From contig OZ244170.1 of assembly GCA_965216565.1 (NCBI GenBank), positions 256,001 to 320,000 of the forward strand: a DNA stretch of 64,000 nucleotides. The letters run 5' to 3'. This document shows, piece after piece, positions 63,086 through 64,000 of the stretch. A model generated the notes under the pieces. It saw nothing but the letters and a program-made list of their open reading frames with translations, did not search any database and was not told the DNA's origin. Source of the DNA: Bythopirellula sp. (lineage in GTDB: Bacteria; Planctomycetota; Planctomycetia; Pirellulales; Lacipirellulaceae). Each line of letters opens with the position of its first letter. Position 1 is the stretch's first letter. The position numbers and the translations under genes were made by a program.

Positions 63086-64000
63086 ATGAGACTCTCAGAA
63101 CAGATCAAGTGGCTGGCAATCCTCTCCATCGTGGCAATCAATTTGTCCGCGCTGGTATCAAAAAACGTCCACGCAAAAGAATCCGATCCTGCCCCGTCCA
63201 AGCCAGACGTAGCCCTGGCCGAGGATGCCGAGGAAGAATCTGACGCAATCGATATCTTTCAGGCGATCGACGATGGCCTGGTTGATGTCAAGTTTGTTGC
63301 CCGCAACGCCAAGGAAGGTCGCTTGGTAATGACCAATAAAACCGACGAACCCGTTGAGGTCCAAATTCCCGAAGCCTTTGCCGGTGTACCTGTGCTGCGA
63401 CAGTTCGGCGGCGGCGGTGGTGGTGGCGGATTCGGTGGCGGCGGTGGTGGCGGTGGTGGTAACCAAAGCGTCGGCGGCGGTGGTGGCGGCGGTCGAGGTG
63501 GTGGTGGTGGTGGTCGAGGCGGTGGAGGTGGCCGATTCAACATTGCACCTGAGAAAATCCAGCGCGTCGATGTCCCCTTGGTTTGTTTAGATCACGGTTT
63601 GAAGGATCCTTCTTCCAGCAAGAAGTATGAAATCCGTCCTATCGAAGATGTCGTCGACAGCCCGGCACTAGTCGAAGTAGTCAAGGCCTATGCCAACGGC
63701 GAATTGCCCTACGGTGCTTCGCAGGCTGCTGTTTGGAATATGAACAGTGACGTTAGCTGGATCGAGCTTTCGAACAAGCTCACCGGTACTAAACGTAACG
63801 TGGTCCGCAACTACTACTTCTCTCGGACTGAAATCCGAGTTGCAATGGCGATTGCCCATCAGGCAGAGGCGATGACCGAAGGCGACACACTGGAACGTCG
63901 CAATTGGATACCACCTCGACTACGCAAGGATGATGCGAAGACCCCTGATGAGGAGCCCACTTCAGAATCGGAACTTATCGCTCCGGAAGACGAAGATAGC
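63086..64000 (+). CDS. Secreted hypothetical protein with poly-Gly insert (partial, runs off the window; not in the ORF track)
   Basis: Open from ATG 63086 to the window end: MRLSEQIKWLAILSIVAINLSALVSKNVHA signal, PEAFAGVPVLRQFGGGG...GRFNIAPEK, VCLDHGLKDP, SQAAVW. Confidence 0.8.
   Translation, partial: MRLSEQIKWLAILSIVAINLSALVSKNVHAKESDPAPSKPDVALAEDAEEESDAIDIFQAIDDGLVDVKFVARNAKEGRLVMTNKTDEPVEVQIPEAFAGVPVLRQFGGGGGGGGFGGGGGGGGGNQSVGGGGGGGRGGGGGGRGGGGGRFNIAPEKIQRVDVPLVCLDHGLKDPSSSKKYEIRPIEDVVDSPALVEVVKAYANGELPYGASQAAVWNMNSDVSWIELSNKLTGTKRNVVRNYYFSRTEIRVAMAIAHQAEAMTEGDTLERRNWIPPRLRKDDAKTPDEEPTSESELIAPEDEDS

Noticed and set aside
63158..63543. Poly-Pro and poly-Thr/Ala ORFs on the minus strand
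   Set aside because: They are antisense to the poly-Gly coding segment of the plus-strand ORF starting at 63086.

Overview
A 64 kb window from a planctomycete, most likely Pirellulales/Lacipirellulaceae. The evidence is DUF1559, a DUF1552/DUF1592 pair, many PEP-CTERM proteins with dockerin-like modules, and the futalosine-pathway gene mqnD. There are three blocks. (1) Bases 1-18.5 kb are visibly more AT-rich and abut the 3' end of tRNA-Leu(TAA). They carry a coherent amino-sugar polysaccharide utilisation locus: two DUF4874/DUF4832 TIM-barrel proteins, an HGSNAT-like membrane N-acetyltransferase, an AraC regulator, DUF1559, two paralogous PEP-CTERM putative binding proteins, a Sph3/GH135 hydrolase, a GH114/GH166-type hydrolase, a Tat-exported GH109, a Gfo/Idh/MocA dehydrogenase, a TIM-barrel epimerase and a Na+/solute symporter. 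I infer an undescribed system for degrading partially de-N-acetylated alpha-1,4-GalNAc polymers (fungal galactosaminogalactan or bacterial Pel), possibly including re-acetylation and a 3-keto-sugar epimerisation step. (2) Bases 18.5-35.7 kb are core genes, including leuA with an unannotated Leu-rich leader-peptide attenuator. (3) Bases 35.9-54 kb are a flagellar cluster (flgFGAHIJNKL-fliW-csrA-fliC-fliD-fliS) with a sigma54 site and a structured fliC leader. It is followed by mqnD, an M20/YbdK pair, an alcohol dehydrogenase, a REP-bracketed AT-rich orphan, a redoxin, a TPR membrane protein and a truncated Gly-rich secreted protein missed by the ORF track. Several REP and short-period inverted-repeat elements fill intergenic gaps. 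No CRISPR array, rRNA, integrase or transposase was seen. Family calls come from motif recognition by eye, not database searches.
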